Shown here: positions 11,758 through 22,757 of the stretch, in pieces
How the letters are laid out: each line of letters begins with the position of its first letter
Numbering within the stretch: the first letter of the stretch is position 1
Origin: Phormidesmis sp.
GTDB taxonomy: Bacteria; Cyanobacteriota; Cyanobacteriia; Leptolyngbyales; Leptolyngbyaceae
Direction: 5' to 3'
Assembly (NCBI GenBank): GCA_965248535.1
Contig: CBDFJR010000005.1
Span: 1,088,001-1,152,000, forward strand
Length of the DNA: 64,000 bases
Notes under the pieces: model-generated
Told to the model about the DNA's origin: nothing
Database searches by the model: none
The model's input: the letters and a program-made list of their open reading frames with translations, nothing else
Position numbers and translations under genes: made by a program

Positions 11758-12234
11758 ATGGCACTGATCACAACAGGCGGGCAACTGATTCGAGACTTGG
11801 AAAAATTTGGGGCACTGGGTGCCTACGTGCCGCTAGAAGGCGGATTTGAAGGCCGCTATCGGCGGCGAATTCGAGCAGCGGGCTACACCTCTCTAAGCAT
11901 TACTGCACGGGGGCTAGGGGATGTCGCCATGTATCTGACAGGCGTTCATGGCGTTCGGCCGCCTCACTTGGGCAAAAAAAGTTCTGGGTCTGGGGCAGCG
12001 GTGGGTTACACCTATTTTATTCCCCCGATCGTCAACACTCAGATCGAAAATCTGCCGCCCAAATCAAAAGGCTTGCTGCTGTGGATTATTGAAGGACACA
12101 TTCTTTCTAGTCAAGAATTAGAGTTTCTAGCAAACTTGCCTGCTTTAGAACCGCGCTTAAAAATCGTGATCGAGCTAGGAGGAGAACGCTACTTTAAGTG
12201 GACTCCCCTTAAAGAGGCGATCGCCGCTGCTTAA
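11758..12234 (+). CDS. ndhN: NAD(P)H-quinone oxidoreductase subunit N
   Basis: MALITTG..PLEGGFEGRYRRR..HGVRPPHLGK. Confidence 0.93.
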   Translation: MALITTGGQLIRDLEKFGALGAYVPLEGGFEGRYRRRIRAAGYTSLSITARGLGDVAMYLTGVHGVRPPHLGKKSSGSGAAVGYTYFIPPIVNTQIENLPPKSKGLLLWIIEGHILSSQELEFLANLPALEPRLKIVIELGGERYFKWTPLKEAIAAA

Positions 12235-12253
12235 CGTCAAGTCCTTTCTCACC

Positions 12254-12285
12254 GATCCCATCTTCACCGCTACAAGGGTGGGATC
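12254..12285. terminator. Stem-loop after ndhN
   Basis: GATCCCATCTT...AAGGGTGGGATC inverted repeat; no strong U-tract. Confidence 0.45.
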
Positions 12286-12352
12286 AGTTGCTGGTATGAA
12301 AATTTGTCCCCTCCGGCTCGTAATTTTCTGGCTGGCGCACTAGCATAGAGAG

Positions 12353-13516
12353 GTGACTGATCTCTTAAACCCTCTACACTCTCTCCAGGAAGGCCATTGG
12401 TTCAAGCTCATTTGTGGAGCGAGTTCCCATCATCTTCCTGCCATTCGCAGCCTGACGATCGCCTACGCGATCGCTGGGGCAGACTGCATTGATGTTGCTG
12501 CCGACCCCACAATCATCTCAACGGCGCGTGAAGCTTTGACGGTGGCAACAAGTCTGGCCGAAGCATCGCAGACAAGGGGGTTTGCCGCTAAAAACTCGCC
12601 TTGGCTTATGGTGAGCCTCAACGATGGAGAAGATCCCCATTTTAGGAAGGCTGAGTTTAACCCAGACCATTGCCCGATCGAGTGTTTACGGCCCTGCGAA
12701 TCGATCTGTCCGGCTGACGCGATCGTGTTCGATCACCCCAATCACCTTTCTGGCGTGATTGATACGCGCTGCTATGGGTGCGGGCGCTGCTTACCGATTT
12801 GCCCCATCCAACACATCTCGACGCGATCTTACGTTTACACGCCCGAAATAATTGCTCCGCTAATTTTGCAAGCGGGAATAGACGCGATCGAGATTCACAC
12901 CCAACCCGGACGGTTAGCCGACTTTAAGAGATTGTGGAACGCGATCGCGCCCCAAGTTCATCACCTCAAGCTGATCGCTATTAGCTGCCCTGATGGAGCA
13001 GACTTGATTGATTATTTGTGGGCCCTCTACGAGACGATCGCGCCGCTGCCCTGCGCGTTGATTTGGCAAACTGATGGTCGCCCAATGAGTGGCGATATTG
13101 GCGATGGAGCCACCCGCGCCTGCGTCAAGTTAGGGCAAAAAGTGCTCACCGCAGCACTACCTGGGTTTGTGCAGCTAGCCGGAGGAACCAATCGCCACAC
13201 CGTCCCTAAGCTCAAGAATTTAGGGTTGCTAAAGAATAAAAGTAGTACAATAGTATCAAGTTCAGTTTCAGGGATCGCTTATGGGAGCTATGCCCGAAGT
13301 TTGCTTTCGCCATTGCTCAATCGACTAGACGCGATCGAGCTTAACCGTCAAAGCCTGACCTCAACGATGTATCACAATCCGACTCCATCCCATGCAAAAA
13401 CCTTTCTTACCTCCGTCCCAAACCGTCTTGAATCGAATCCTGCGCTTTTATGGGAAGCCGTCGAGCTAGCTCATCAGCTAGTCTCACAGCTAAAAAACTC
13501 TGTCAGCAAAAATTAG
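12353..13516 (+). CDS. ldpA: Circadian input Fe-S protein LdpA
   Basis: [17 protein letters not shown], two 4Fe-4S motifs, [19 protein letters not shown]. Confidence 0.92.
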   Translation: MTDLLNPLHSLQEGHWFKLICGASSHHLPAIRSLTIAYAIAGADCIDVAADPTIISTAREALTVATSLAEASQTRGFAAKNSPWLMVSLNDGEDPHFRKAEFNPDHCPIECLRPCESICPADAIVFDHPNHLSGVIDTRCYGCGRCLPICPIQHISTRSYVYTPEIIAPLILQAGIDAIEIHTQPGRLADFKRLWNAIAPQVHHLKLIAISCPDGADLIDYLWALYETIAPLPCALIWQTDGRPMSGDIGDGATRACVKLGQKVLTAALPGFVQLAGGTNRHTVPKLKNLGLLKNKSSTIVSSSVSGIAYGSYARSLLSPLLNRLDAIELNRQSLTSTMYHNPTPSHAKTFLTSVPNRLESNPALLWEAVELAHQLVSQLKNSVSKN

Positions 13517-13631
13517 GAATTTAATAAACATTTTAGGTGATTTAGAACACATCTACTCATGTCAAAAACTCTCTACGCTAGCTGACAGGCTGATCCCATT
13601 CTCGATTTCTAAAGCTGTTTCACAAGTTGTC

Positions 13632-15575
13632 ATGGTGAATCGTAGCGATATTAACTTTTCTGACCCCGCGATCGACGCTGAATCTGCTCCCCTTTTAGCG
13701 TCTCTAAGCTCGTCTCAACTAAACCTCCTCCCTGCTGATGCTGCTCAAAGCCCTGTTGTAACGACTATGCAAAACACGGACGATCTCGACAAACTTTTAG
13801 GCATTTTGCCCGACGCGATCCGGGTGCATTTAGAAAACCATCCTCAGCTTGATAGCCTTGTCGAAGTTGTCATGGATCTAGGACGACGACCCGAAGCCCG
13901 GTTTCCTGGCAAAGCGGAATATCTGGCTGAAACGCCCATCACTCAAGCCGATTTAGATGACAGCATCACTAGGGTCGGCGACTTTGGAGGAGACAATCGG
14001 GCCGGAATCGAGCGCACCCTGCACCGCATTAGCGCTATTCGCAACCGTCGGGGAGACGTGATTGGGTTAACCTGCCGGGTCGGACGGGCGATTTTTGGCA
14101 CGATCGGAATGATTCGTGATTTAGTCGAAAGCGGTCGATCAATTTTGATGCTCGGTCGCCCCGGAGTCGGCAAAACCACCGCCCTGCGAGAAATTGCCCG
14201 CGTGTTGGCAGACGAGTTAGATAAGCGAGTTGTGATTATCGACACATCCAACGAAATTGCAGGTGATGGAGATGTGCCCCACCCAGCGATCGGGCGCGCC
14301 CGCCGAATGCAAGTTTCTCGCCCTGAGCTTCAGCACCAAGTGATGATCGAGGCGGTTGAAAACCACATGCCCGAAGTGATCGTGATTGACGAGATTGGCA
14401 CCGAGCTAGAAGCGCTGGCGGCCCGCACGATCGCCGAGCGAGGCGTGCAACTCGTTGGCACGGCCCACGGAAATCAGCTAGAAAACCTGATTAAAAATCC
14501 GACGCTCTCTGATCTGGTCGGCGGCATTCAGTCTGTGACTCTAGGAGATGAAGAAGCGAGACGACGGGGCAGCCAAAAGAGTGTGTTAGAACGCAAAGCG
14601 CCGCCCACTTTTGATATTGCGGTCGAGATGACAGAGCGGCAAAAGTGGGTCGTGCATGAACAGGTCGCTGACACGATCGATATGCTGCTGCGGGGCAGAA
14701 AGCCCAATCCTGAAGTTAGAAGCGTTAACGAGGCTGGAGACGTGACGGTGACTCACGAGTTGTCAAGCAGCCCAGAAGCCTTGCAAACAGGAGGGCGAAC
14801 GCGATCGAATGGGGTTCGTCACAATCCCCTATCTCTCGCACCTACCCCGGCTCAGGAAGGATTTTTTACGCCGCCCCCTCAAGGTCGCGGGTGGAGATCG
14901 TCGGGCAAAATCAAGCCACCGCCCACCGCCCCGCTTTCCCCCGAACAGCAGACCTTTGAGCAGATGTTGGATGTGTCGCTAAACCGAGCGTTTGACGCAA
15001 GAGATGAAGGGCTGCGGCTGACTCAAGAGTCTGAGAATGGGGAATATATCCCCGGCCCCAATGGCGAAGATCTGCCTCTGCACATCTATCCTTATGGGGT
15101 GAGTCGCCACCAGTTAGATCAGGTCGTCCGCACGCTAAATTTGCCGATCGTGTTGACCAAAGACATTGATCACGCAGACGCGGTTTTGGCGCTGCGATCG
15201 CACGTCAAAAATCATTCTAAACTGCGCCACTTAGCAAAATCTCGCCAGATCCCCATTCACACCCTCAAGGCTAGCAGTGTGCCGCAAATTGCTCATTCTC
15301 TGCGGCGCTTGCTAAATATGGATGATCCCGCTATGCCCGATGCAGCAGAGTTAGACCTGTTTGTGCGCGGAGATAGCGAAGACGAAATCGAGGCTCTCGA
15401 AGAAGCCAGACTTGCCGTAGAGCAGATTGTCATTCCCAAAGGGCAGCCTGTTGAGCTTTTGCCCCGTTCTGCACTGGTTCGCAAAATGCAGCATGAGTTG
15501 GTAGAGCACTATCGTTTACAGTCCCGCAGTTTTGGAGACGAGCCAAACCGCAGACTGCGGATCTACCCAGCCTGA
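13632..15575 (+). CDS. Ycf45-like AAA ATPase with C-terminal R3H domain
   Basis: Walker [26 protein letters not shown]3H motif. Confidence 0.88.
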   Translation: MVNRSDINFSDPAIDAESAPLLASLSSSQLNLLPADAAQSPVVTTMQNTDDLDKLLGILPDAIRVHLENHPQLDSLVEVVMDLGRRPEARFPGKAEYLAETPITQADLDDSITRVGDFGGDNRAGIERTLHRISAIRNRRGDVIGLTCRVGRAIFGTIGMIRDLVESGRSILMLGRPGVGKTTALREIARVLADELDKRVVIIDTSNEIAGDGDVPHPAIGRARRMQVSRPELQHQVMIEAVENHMPEVIVIDEIGTELEALAARTIAERGVQLVGTAHGNQLENLIKNPTLSDLVGGIQSVTLGDEEARRRGSQKSVLERKAPPTFDIAVEMTERQKWVVHEQVADTIDMLLRGRKPNPEVRSVNEAGDVTVTHELSSSPEALQTGGRTRSNGVRHNPLSLAPTPAQEGFFTPPPQGRGWRSSGKIKPPPTAPLSPEQQTFEQMLDVSLNRAFDARDEGLRLTQESENGEYIPGPNGEDLPLHIYPYGVSRHQLDQVVRTLNLPIVLTKDIDHADAVLALRSHVKNHSKLRHLAKSRQIPIHTLKASSVPQIAHSLRRLLNMDDPAMPDAAELDLFVRGDSEDEIEALEEARLAVEQIVIPKGQPVELLPRSALVRKMQHELVEHYRLQSRSFGDEPNRRLRIYPA

Positions 15576-15666
15576 CCTAGAGGTTTGAGGTTTGAATTTA
15601 GGCAAGTCACTGCTAGACTCAAAACGCTCATAGATTGCTGTTCATCTCCTCAAAACGCTCTTTGCC

Positions 15667-16800
15667 ATGCTTGAGTTCATTCGCTCAGATCTCGCCCAGC
15701 TTGCGGCTTACAACACTCAACACACCGACAATTCTCAAGAGCTTACGTCTTTAGAAAGTCGGGTTGATCGAGTCGATGTCAACGAAAGTCCCTATGACTT
15801 GCCGGATGAACTCAAGCAAAAACTTAGCTGGACTTATCAGCAAACGATCGAGAATAATCGCTATCCCGATGGGGGTTATGAAGAATTAAAACGGGCGATC
15901 GCTGACTACGTGAATGAGTCGGCTACCACTACTACCTTCACCGCCGCCAACCTCTCGATCGGCAATGGCTCTGATGAGTTGATCCGTTCGCTGCTGATTG
16001 CGACCTGCATTGGGGGACATGGCTCGATTCTGGTCGCTGATCCGACATTTTCAATGTATGGCATTCTGGCCAAGACGCTAGGAGTTTCGGTGGTGACGAT
16101 CGGGCGATCGCCAACCAACTTTGAGATGGATTTGACGGCGGCTCAAGCGGCGATCGCTCAGACTCATACCCCTCCCATTCGTGCCGTTTTTGTCGTCCAC
16201 CCCAATTCACCGACCGGAAACGCACTCACTGAGCCGGAGCTAGACTGGCTGCGAAACCTGCCTCAAACGATTTTGGTAGTGATCGATGAGGCCTATTTTG
16301 AGTTCAGTCAGACGACCGTAGCAACTGGCCTTGCTCACCATCCAAACTGGGTGATTTTGCGAACCTTCTCGAAAGCATTGCGGCTGGCCGCTCATCGAGT
16401 TGGCTACGCGATCGCGCATCCTGAGTTAATCAGCGCCTTAGAAAAAGTTCGCCTGCCCTATAATCTTCCGAGCTTCACCCAGGCATCGGCGCTGGTGGCG
16501 ATCGCCCATCGTCATGAGCTACTGTCTGCCATCCCGCTAATGCTAACCGAGCGAAATCGGCTGATTCTAGCCCTATCGCAGCATTCGGAATTTCAGGTTT
16601 GGCAGAGTGCTGCTAATTTCGTCTACTTGCGCCTCAAAGTCCCTGATGCCAGTCCGAGGCTGGCTGCAATCTGTCAAGCCCTGAAAGCGCAAGGCACTTT
16701 AATTCGACACACGGGAAGTGGGCTGCGAATCTCGATCGGCACCCCCGACGAAAACCAACGCACTCTCGAACGATTTAGACAGGTAGTAGACGAAGGCTAG
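15667..16800 (+). CDS. hisC: Histidinol-phosphate aminotransferase
   Basis: [31 protein letters not shown]. Confidence 0.93.
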   Translation: MLEFIRSDLAQLAAYNTQHTDNSQELTSLESRVDRVDVNESPYDLPDELKQKLSWTYQQTIENNRYPDGGYEELKRAIADYVNESATTTTFTAANLSIGNGSDELIRSLLIATCIGGHGSILVADPTFSMYGILAKTLGVSVVTIGRSPTNFEMDLTAAQAAIAQTHTPPIRAVFVVHPNSPTGNALTEPELDWLRNLPQTILVVIDEAYFEFSQTTVATGLAHHPNWVILRTFSKALRLAAHRVGYAIAHPELISALEKVRLPYNLPSFTQASALVAIAHRHELLSAIPLMLTERNRLILALSQHSEFQVWQSAANFVYLRLKVPDASPRLAAICQALKAQGTLIRHTGSGLRISIGTPDENQRTLERFRQVVDEG

Positions 16801-17291
16801 TTTCTAGGGGCAATATCTAACCCCCCGGCACCCCGACGCGCCATTTGAATCGTGTGAGGCAAAACTCCGACTAGCAACGCAAACGCATCATCGGGCAACT
16901 GGGCGATCGTTTCGGCTCCAAAATAATTTTCAAACTGATTCAGAATCAACTGAGCGCGCTGCAACGGTGCAGGGTTGTCGGTAAATTGTTGAGTCAGCCT
17001 GATCCACTGCCTCCTAATTAAATAAGCTTTTTGTCTTTCTTCATGATCCGCCGGGTGGATCAAAGAAGAGAGATCACCCACGGGCAAGATGCTTTCACAA
17101 TTCAGGTCAAAAAAGCTGCCTACAGCAGCCCCTGGCCCCGCAAACTCTGCATGGAATTGCTTATAGATGATTAACCCGTTGCGCTTGCGACTGTTGACAA
17201 CCAGCAACTTTCCATCGTTTAGCTGAGTCAAAATCTCCTGCACGCTCGCAGACTCGACAGCGCCTTGATGATTCAGGCTCTCGTTTTTCAT
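16797..17291 (-). CDS. Conserved cyanobacterial protein, Crp-like fold suspected
   Basis: [12 protein letters not shown] and C-terminal HTH-like [11 protein letters not shown]. Confidence 0.6.
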   Translation of the reverse strand: MKNESLNHQGAVESASVQEILTQLNDGKLLVVNSRKRNGLIIYKQFHAEFAGPGAAVGSFFDLNCESILPVGDLSSLIHPADHEERQKAYLIRRQWIRLTQQFTDNPAPLQRAQLILNQFENYFGAETIAQLPDDAFALLVGVLPHTIQMARRGAGGLDIAPRN

Positions 17292-17682
17292 ACCGTCGAA
17301 GCCTTGAAAGCTGGGAACACGGCTATGGCAGATGAATCAGCAGTTTAAAGGTTGAAGTCAAGGGATCACTACCCGCAGCCAAATCTAATCACAGAGACTG
17401 ACGTTTTGGCTGTAACCGAAAGATCTAAACATGACGATCTTTATAACTACCAATAACCAACCTTGCCACTATATTCTATGGCAACCCGTTGCGATCAGGA
17501 GAATTCCCTGATGACTTTGAAGTCGCTATGAAGACAACCTCAAAATCTTAGAAATCTCCTAACTCAATCTTGATAAAAATTAATATAAAGCCGTTTTATA
17601 GGAGTCAAATTGCTCAGAAACTCAATCGAAATGATAAGCTCAATAGCCTAAGGCGATTCTAGCGAAGTCAACCCAGTGAGCC

Positions 17683-17910
17683 ATGAGTAACAAGCCGATC
17701 GCAGCCAGCTTTGATGAGAGCGCCCAGTCTGGGTTAACGCCTCCACCCCGTGAACCCTATCGATCGAGCCTGTCAGAAGACCTTGGGCAAGGATGGGCTT
17801 TTGTGCAGTTTGTTTGGCGCATTTCAAAGCGAATTAGAGGTGGCAAAAACCGCCTTCGCTTCATCATTGGGCTGATTTTTTGGAAACCTTTTTTGCCCGA
17901 CGATCGCTAG
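17683..17910 (+). CDS. Small hypothetical protein (75 aa)
   Basis: ATG-initiated ORF in otherwise empty space; amphipathic basic C-terminal half. Confidence 0.5.
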   Translation: MSNKPIAASFDESAQSGLTPPPREPYRSSLSEDLGQGWAFVQFVWRISKRIRGGKNRLRFIIGLIFWKPFLPDDR

Positions 17911-17929
17911 ACTGATTCCAAGGGTTTAA

Positions 17930-19299
17930 CAGAGTCGGCAGGAATTCCCCCACCTCTTGTAATGGAGCAACAGCGAAGCAACTTGCGTCATGGAAAAGGT
18001 GGAGGATGAAAGACTTATCAATGCTTCTTACTACTATTGTTAGTTGGTAGTAAAGTAGAGAAATGAAACACGCGGTCAAGATACGAATTTATCCAACTGA
18101 CGAGCAGAAAGAAGCGCTTTCAAAGGCGTTTGGTTGTGCTCGTTGGTTTTGGAATAACTCGTTAGCTGAAACCAATCGGCTCTACAAAGAGACGGGAAAA
18201 GGCTTATCTCAAGTTGGGATGAATAGCCGTCTACCCGCCCTCAAAAAAGAGTTTGAATGGTTAGCAGAACCTTATAGCCAAGTGCTGCAAAGCGTGTCTC
18301 TGAATCTATCAAGAGCGTTTATCAACTTCTTTGACGGGCGGGCTCAATTCCCTAACTTCAAGTCGAAGCATGGTCAGCAATCGATTCAGTATCCTCAAAG
18401 CGTCAAGCTGACGGGTGTTGGGTTGAAACTTCCAAAACTGGGAGTGGTCAAGGCTAAGATTCATCGCGTGTTTGAAGGGGATCTGAAAACTGTAACGGTT
18501 TCGCTGACTCCCTCTGGCAAATATTTTGCATCATTGCTGTTTGATAATGGACTGCCAAAAATTGAGGCATCTGGAGCAGGTAAGGCGGTCGGGATCGATT
18601 TGGGATTGACCCACTTTGCAATCACGTCTGACGGCTCTAAGTTTGATAATCCGAGAGTGTTGAAAAAGCATTCTCGCAACCTTAAACGGAAACAGCAAAA
18701 ACTTTCTCGCAAACAGAAGGGGTCAAGCAACCGTTCAAGCGCACGTCGCATCGTGGCACGGGTTCACGAAAAGATTGCGAACGTGAGAAAAGACTTTCTG
18801 CATAAGCTCTCGCGCAAAATGGTCAACGAAAACCAAGTGATCTGCGTGGAAGACTTAGCAGTCAAGAATATGGTGAAAAATCACAACTTAGCCAAAGCTA
18901 TCAGCGATGCGAGTTGGAGCGAATTTACCAAAATGTTGAGCTATAAAGCAGGACAGGATGGAAAGATTTATCAAGAAGTTGACAGGTTTTTTCCATCCTC
19001 AAAGACCTGCTCAGTCTGCCTCAATCGAGTTGGAAGCCTCGCGTTAGAAATCCGGTCATGGCAGTGTCAGAACTGCGGGACAAAGCATGACCGGGATGTG
19101 AATGCGGCGATCAACATTCGAGATGAAGGTTTGCGTATTTTGGCGTTAGGAACTAGCGCTGCTGCCAATGGAGGGAAGGTAAGTCCGAGGGTTGGACGGC
19201 GTAAGTCATCCGTATCTAAGGCTCTTCCCGTTGAAATTGGAAGCCCCCACTCAGCGACCGAAGCGCGTAGCGCGTAGGAAGTCAGTGGGGGTAGTTCAC
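17930..19299 (+). mobile_element. IS200/IS605-family (IS1341-like, tnpB-only) element; left boundary uncertain (about 17921-17930)
   Basis: Left hairpin 17946-17955/17997-18006; right hairpin 19244-19251/19284-19291 preceded by GAAG and followed by TAGTTCAC; no tnpA. Confidence 0.85.
18063..19277 (+). CDS. tnpB: RNA-guided endonuclease TnpB
   Basis: HTH_OrfB N-terminus (RIYPT..FGCARWFWN), RuvC D-E-D (GIDLG, VEDL, HDRDVNAA), CxxC..CxxC zinc ribbon. Confidence 0.95.
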   Translation: MKHAVKIRIYPTDEQKEALSKAFGCARWFWNNSLAETNRLYKETGKGLSQVGMNSRLPALKKEFEWLAEPYSQVLQSVSLNLSRAFINFFDGRAQFPNFKSKHGQQSIQYPQSVKLTGVGLKLPKLGVVKAKIHRVFEGDLKTVTVSLTPSGKYFASLLFDNGLPKIEASGAGKAVGIDLGLTHFAITSDGSKFDNPRVLKKHSRNLKRKQQKLSRKQKGSSNRSSARRIVARVHEKIANVRKDFLHKLSRKMVNENQVICVEDLAVKNMVKNHNLAKAISDASWSEFTKMLSYKAGQDGKIYQEVDRFFPSSKTCSVCLNRVGSLALEIRSWQCQNCGTKHDRDVNAAINIRDEGLRILALGTSAAANGGKVSPRVGRRKSSVSKALPVEIGSPHSATEARSA

Positions 19300-19319
19300 G
19301 CGCCGTGTATTAAGTTTCA
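19140..19319 (+). ncRNA. Predicted TnpB omega/reRNA (scaffold over tnpB 3' end and right end; guide about 19300-19319); 5' boundary approximate
   Basis: Inferred from established TnpB architecture and the right-end TCAC at 19296-19299. Confidence 0.55.
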
Positions 19320-19328
19320 GGCAACGTC

Positions 19329-19838
19329 ATGTATTACGACCCGCATCAGTTTGAATTTGTCGATCGACTCGAGTCAAATTGGCTCGTCATCAAAGACGAA
19401 CTCAGTCGCCTGACCGATCAAGATTTTGTTCCCTACCCCGAAAAATATCTACTGCAAAAGAAGACCGGATGGGAGATCTTTGGCATTTATTTTCTAGGGG
19501 TGAAAATCGATATCAACTGTGAACTCTGCCCCGAAACTGCCAAACTGGTCAAAAGCATTCCTGGAATGGTGACAGCAGGCTTTTCTCGGCTAGCGCCAGG
19601 AGCGCATATCGTGCCCCACTCTGGCAAACCCAGCAGCGTGTTGCGGTGTCACTTGGGGCTGTCAGTGCCTGAAAAATGCGCGCTGCGAGTCGCCTCAGAC
19701 ATCAAAGCCTGGGTGAATGGGGAATGTCTCGTGTTTGATGACACCTCTGAGCATGAAGCCTGGAATCTCAGCGATCGCTACCGAGATGTCTTACTGCTCG
19801 ACTTTAAAATCCCGCCTGGTTTTGCTTTAAGGCGCTAA
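19329..19838 (+). CDS. Aspartyl/asparaginyl beta-hydroxylase domain protein (Fe/2OG)
   Basis: CPETA..IPG, AGFSRLAPGAHIVPH, LRCHLGL, FDDTSEHEAWN. Confidence 0.88.
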   Translation: MYYDPHQFEFVDRLESNWLVIKDELSRLTDQDFVPYPEKYLLQKKTGWEIFGIYFLGVKIDINCELCPETAKLVKSIPGMVTAGFSRLAPGAHIVPHSGKPSSVLRCHLGLSVPEKCALRVASDIKAWVNGECLVFDDTSEHEAWNLSDRYRDVLLLDFKIPPGFALRR

Positions 19839-19844
19839 GGCTAT

Positions 19845-20601
19845 TCACTTCGATATCTCCCAGCCTAAACGGGTCGGCTGTTGATAAATCCGTTTTAACG
19901 TGTTGATGTCTCTGGGCGATATCAGCGGCGGATTGCGAACCTGAGAGAAATATAGGGCATCGGTTTGTAGAGAACTGTGACCCCAGATGCCCAAGGCGTG
20001 GCCGAGTTCATGGCGGGCCGATGCCAGCACATAGGTTTCTGCCTGATTGGGCTGCACGACTATCGAGACAGCGATGCGCCAACACGGGCCGCTCGTTGGG
20101 TAAGGATTTTTGATAAAGCTCATAGCGCGTTTCAGCCGCCCGAACTCGCTGGGGAACGGCCGACTGTCCGGGGATGACTCGGAGCGGTAGGAACGATCGC
20201 CGCACCACAATATCGGCTGCCTCTAGTTGATCGACGACCTGCAAAGGAAGATAGACCCTCCACTCGCTCACCGCTTGCGCCACAGCTTTGATCCAAGCTT
20301 GAGCACGGACAGGGTTTGCTGTTTCTGACTCCTCGATCGGCTGCACATAGACCTTAATCGGAAACGCCGACCACACCAAATAGTTTGGCTGAGTTTTTTG
20401 GACTCGATCGAAATAGTCTCCCTGATGGGCAGGGTCGTGCCATTGGGCTAGCGACGGTGGCAGCGCGTGGGCTTTGAGAGTGGGCAGGGTTTCTTGAGCA
20501 GACAACGAAGCCTGCAAAATCAGCGCCAGAAAAATACACCCAAGCCAGCAAACCATTGCCAGAGGGTGCATTCTACCTCGACATAAATTCCACTTAGCCA
20601 A
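19845..20601 (-). pseudogene. Secreted metzincin-type Zn peptidase split by a frameshift near 20065-20070
   Basis: Signal peptide and N-terminal part in ORF 20008..20601; HELGHALGIWGH motif in ORF 19845..20210. Confidence 0.75.
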
Positions 20602-20604
20602 TGG

Positions 20605-20838
20605 TTATCGCCCTAGCCAGCCTGCACTGAGCACGATGGTCAGCCCAATAAACAGAATGGTCAGCGTCCAGGTGACCCGGTTAAGAGTTGTCTCAGCACT
20701 TTTGGTGCTTGTAAAGAGTTGAGCTTGCCCCCCTAAGCCGCTCAAGCCATCTCCTTTGGGGCTGTGCAGCAACACGAGCACAATGATCCCCACGGCGCAA
20801 AACATCCAAACCATCTTTAGAATCAAAACCAGCGTCAT
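20605..20838 (-). CDS. secG: Preprotein translocase SecG
   Basis: LVLLHSPKGDG..GGQAQLFTSTKSAETTLNRVTW. Confidence 0.95.
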   Translation of the reverse strand: MTLVLILKMVWMFCAVGIIVLVLLHSPKGDGLSGLGGQAQLFTSTKSAETTLNRVTWTLTILFIGLTIVLSAGWLGR

Positions 20839-20905
20839 GATGACAAATCCAATTAAAACAAATGAGTGAGTTGACTATGACTGATGCAACTCATGGCTAG
20901 GTTTA

Positions 20906-22504
20906 TTATCGCGCAATCTTGACCGGAGTTCGGTTTGCCCGCACGTCAAATGCAGCCGACTCGACGATCGAGCGCCCCGTCATTTCAGTCGGCTGCGGCA
21001 GCTTGAGAATATCCAAAATGGTTGGCGCGATGTCTGCTAACCGACCATCTTCTCTGAGGGAAACGTCTGTTCCATGTCCAGGAATCTTCAGCCCCTCCCC
21101 TTCTACCAGAATAAAGGGCACCGGGTTGGTGGTGTGAGCCGTCCAAGGATTGCCGTTTTCGTCCCACATCAGTTCGGCGTTGCCGTGGTCGGCAATGATA
21201 ATAGCTGTGCCACCAGCGCGATTTACCCGTTCTAGGAGGCGACCTAAACAGCGATCAACGGCTTCTAGAGCCGTGACGGTTGCATCCATTTGCCCCGTGT
21301 GCCCTACCATGTCAGGGTTTGCATAGTTGATGACCACGAGAGAATAGACGCGCTTTTCGATTGCCCCGATCGCCACATCGGTCACTGCCTCAGCCGACAT
21401 AGCCGGAGCGCTATCGTAAGTCATCACCATCGGACTCGGCACCAACTCTCGATCTTCACCGGGGAACGGCTCTTCTAAACCGCCGTTAAAAAAGTAAGTG
21501 ACGTGAGCATATTTCTCAGTTTCTGCGGCTCGAAATTGACGTAGCCCATTTCGAGAGATGACTTCGCCCAAAATATTGTTGAGATTCTGCGGCTCAAAGG
21601 CGACTAGAACCGGAAGTGAGGGATCGTACTGGGTGAACGTCACCAACGGTAGGGGGCGAATCTGTTCACGTTCAAAGCCCTTGAATTTGGGATCGGCCAG
21701 AGCCTGGGTGAGTTGACGCGCTCGATCGGGACGGAAGTTAAAGAAAATCACGCCATCGCCAGGCTCTAGGGCCCCCGGTGCAATGCGAGTCGGGATCACA
21801 AACTCATCGGTTTTGCCTGCGTCGTAGGAAGCTTGCAAAACCTCTAAGGCCGATCGACCGTCACCGTCTCCATCGTGGGTCATCACGTCATAGGCCAGCT
21901 TGACTCGCTCCCACCGATGGTCGCGATCGAGGCTGTAATAGCGACCGCTAAGGGTGACGATGTGACCTGTGCCGATACGATCGCAATAGTCTTGCAGTCG
22001 TCGAATTGCGTCTGCCCCTTCGGTCTGCTGCGTGTCTCGCCCGTCAGTAATGGCATGAATGCACACATTTTCAAGGCCTTGCTCTTTGGCCAAATCGAGC
22101 AACCCAAACAGATGACTGAGATGAGAATGCACCCCCCCGTCTGAACACAAGCCGACCAAGTGCAGTTTTCCGTGATTGCGCTGCACCTCCTGGCAAACCT
22201 TGACCAGGTTGGGGTTGCTCAACAAACTGCGATCTTCCACTGCATCCGAGATGCGCACTAGCTCTTGAGGCACGACCCTACCAGCACCAATGTTGAGGTG
22301 CCCGACTTCTGAGTTACCCATTTGCCCGTCAGGTAACCCGACATCTTTGCCAGCCGTGCGAATTAAGGTGTGGGGGTAGGCAGCCCACAGGCTGGTCATC
22401 ACAGGCGTTTGGGCGGCAGCAATGGCGTTCCCGTCTGTTTCTTCGCGGTAACCCCAACCGTCTAAGATGATCAGCACTACAGGAGAGACAGTCACCTGGG
22501 ACAT
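20906..22504 (-). CDS. gpmI: 2,3-BPG-independent phosphoglycerate mutase (start ATG 22504)
   Basis: LIILDGWG, GQMGNSEVGH, NFRPDRARQ, ETEKYAHVT, NPDMVGHTG, ADHGNAE. Confidence 0.96.
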   Translation of the reverse strand: MSQVTVSPVVLIILDGWGYREETDGNAIAAAQTPVMTSLWAAYPHTLIRTAGKDVGLPDGQMGNSEVGHLNIGAGRVVPQELVRISDAVEDRSLLSNPNLVKVCQEVQRNHGKLHLVGLCSDGGVHSHLSHLFGLLDLAKEQGLENVCIHAITDGRDTQQTEGADAIRRLQDYCDRIGTGHIVTLSGRYYSLDRDHRWERVKLAYDVMTHDGDGDGRSALEVLQASYDAGKTDEFVIPTRIAPGALEPGDGVIFFNFRPDRARQLTQALADPKFKGFEREQIRPLPLVTFTQYDPSLPVLVAFEPQNLNNILGEVISRNGLRQFRAAETEKYAHVTYFFNGGLEEPFPGEDRELVPSPMVMTYDSAPAMSAEAVTDVAIGAIEKRVYSLVVINYANPDMVGHTGQMDATVTALEAVDRCLGRLLERVNRAGGTAIIIADHGNAELMWDENGNPWTAHTTNPVPFILVEGEGLKIPGHGTDVSLREDGRLADIAPTILDILKLPQPTEMTGRSIVESAAFDVRANRTPVKIAR

Positions 22505-22757
22505 AAACAACGTCCTTCTAATGAATAATTTCTTCCGCAAATCATACCACTGGGATCAAGATCCTTGAAACGGCTCACCTTCGGTACATTCATTCTTTAT
22601 AAAGAGTGAATTTGACCACGCTAGCTTGAAGGGGAGGGCATCTCGATCACCAATCTGGCTGTTGATTAACTGCTCTAGGCGAACGGGCATTTGATTGCCC
22701 TATTCACCCATCAGATCTCAACGCTTTAAAGTGAATTGCCTTCTCTTTGTAGCGAAA

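Noticed and set aside
13244..13258. AGTAC-AATA-GTATC inside ldpA
   Set aside because: Imperfect and intragenic
19826..19838. TTTAA followed by GGCGC as a possible TnpB self-target
   Set aside because: Does not match the predicted guide seed GCGCCGTG in register
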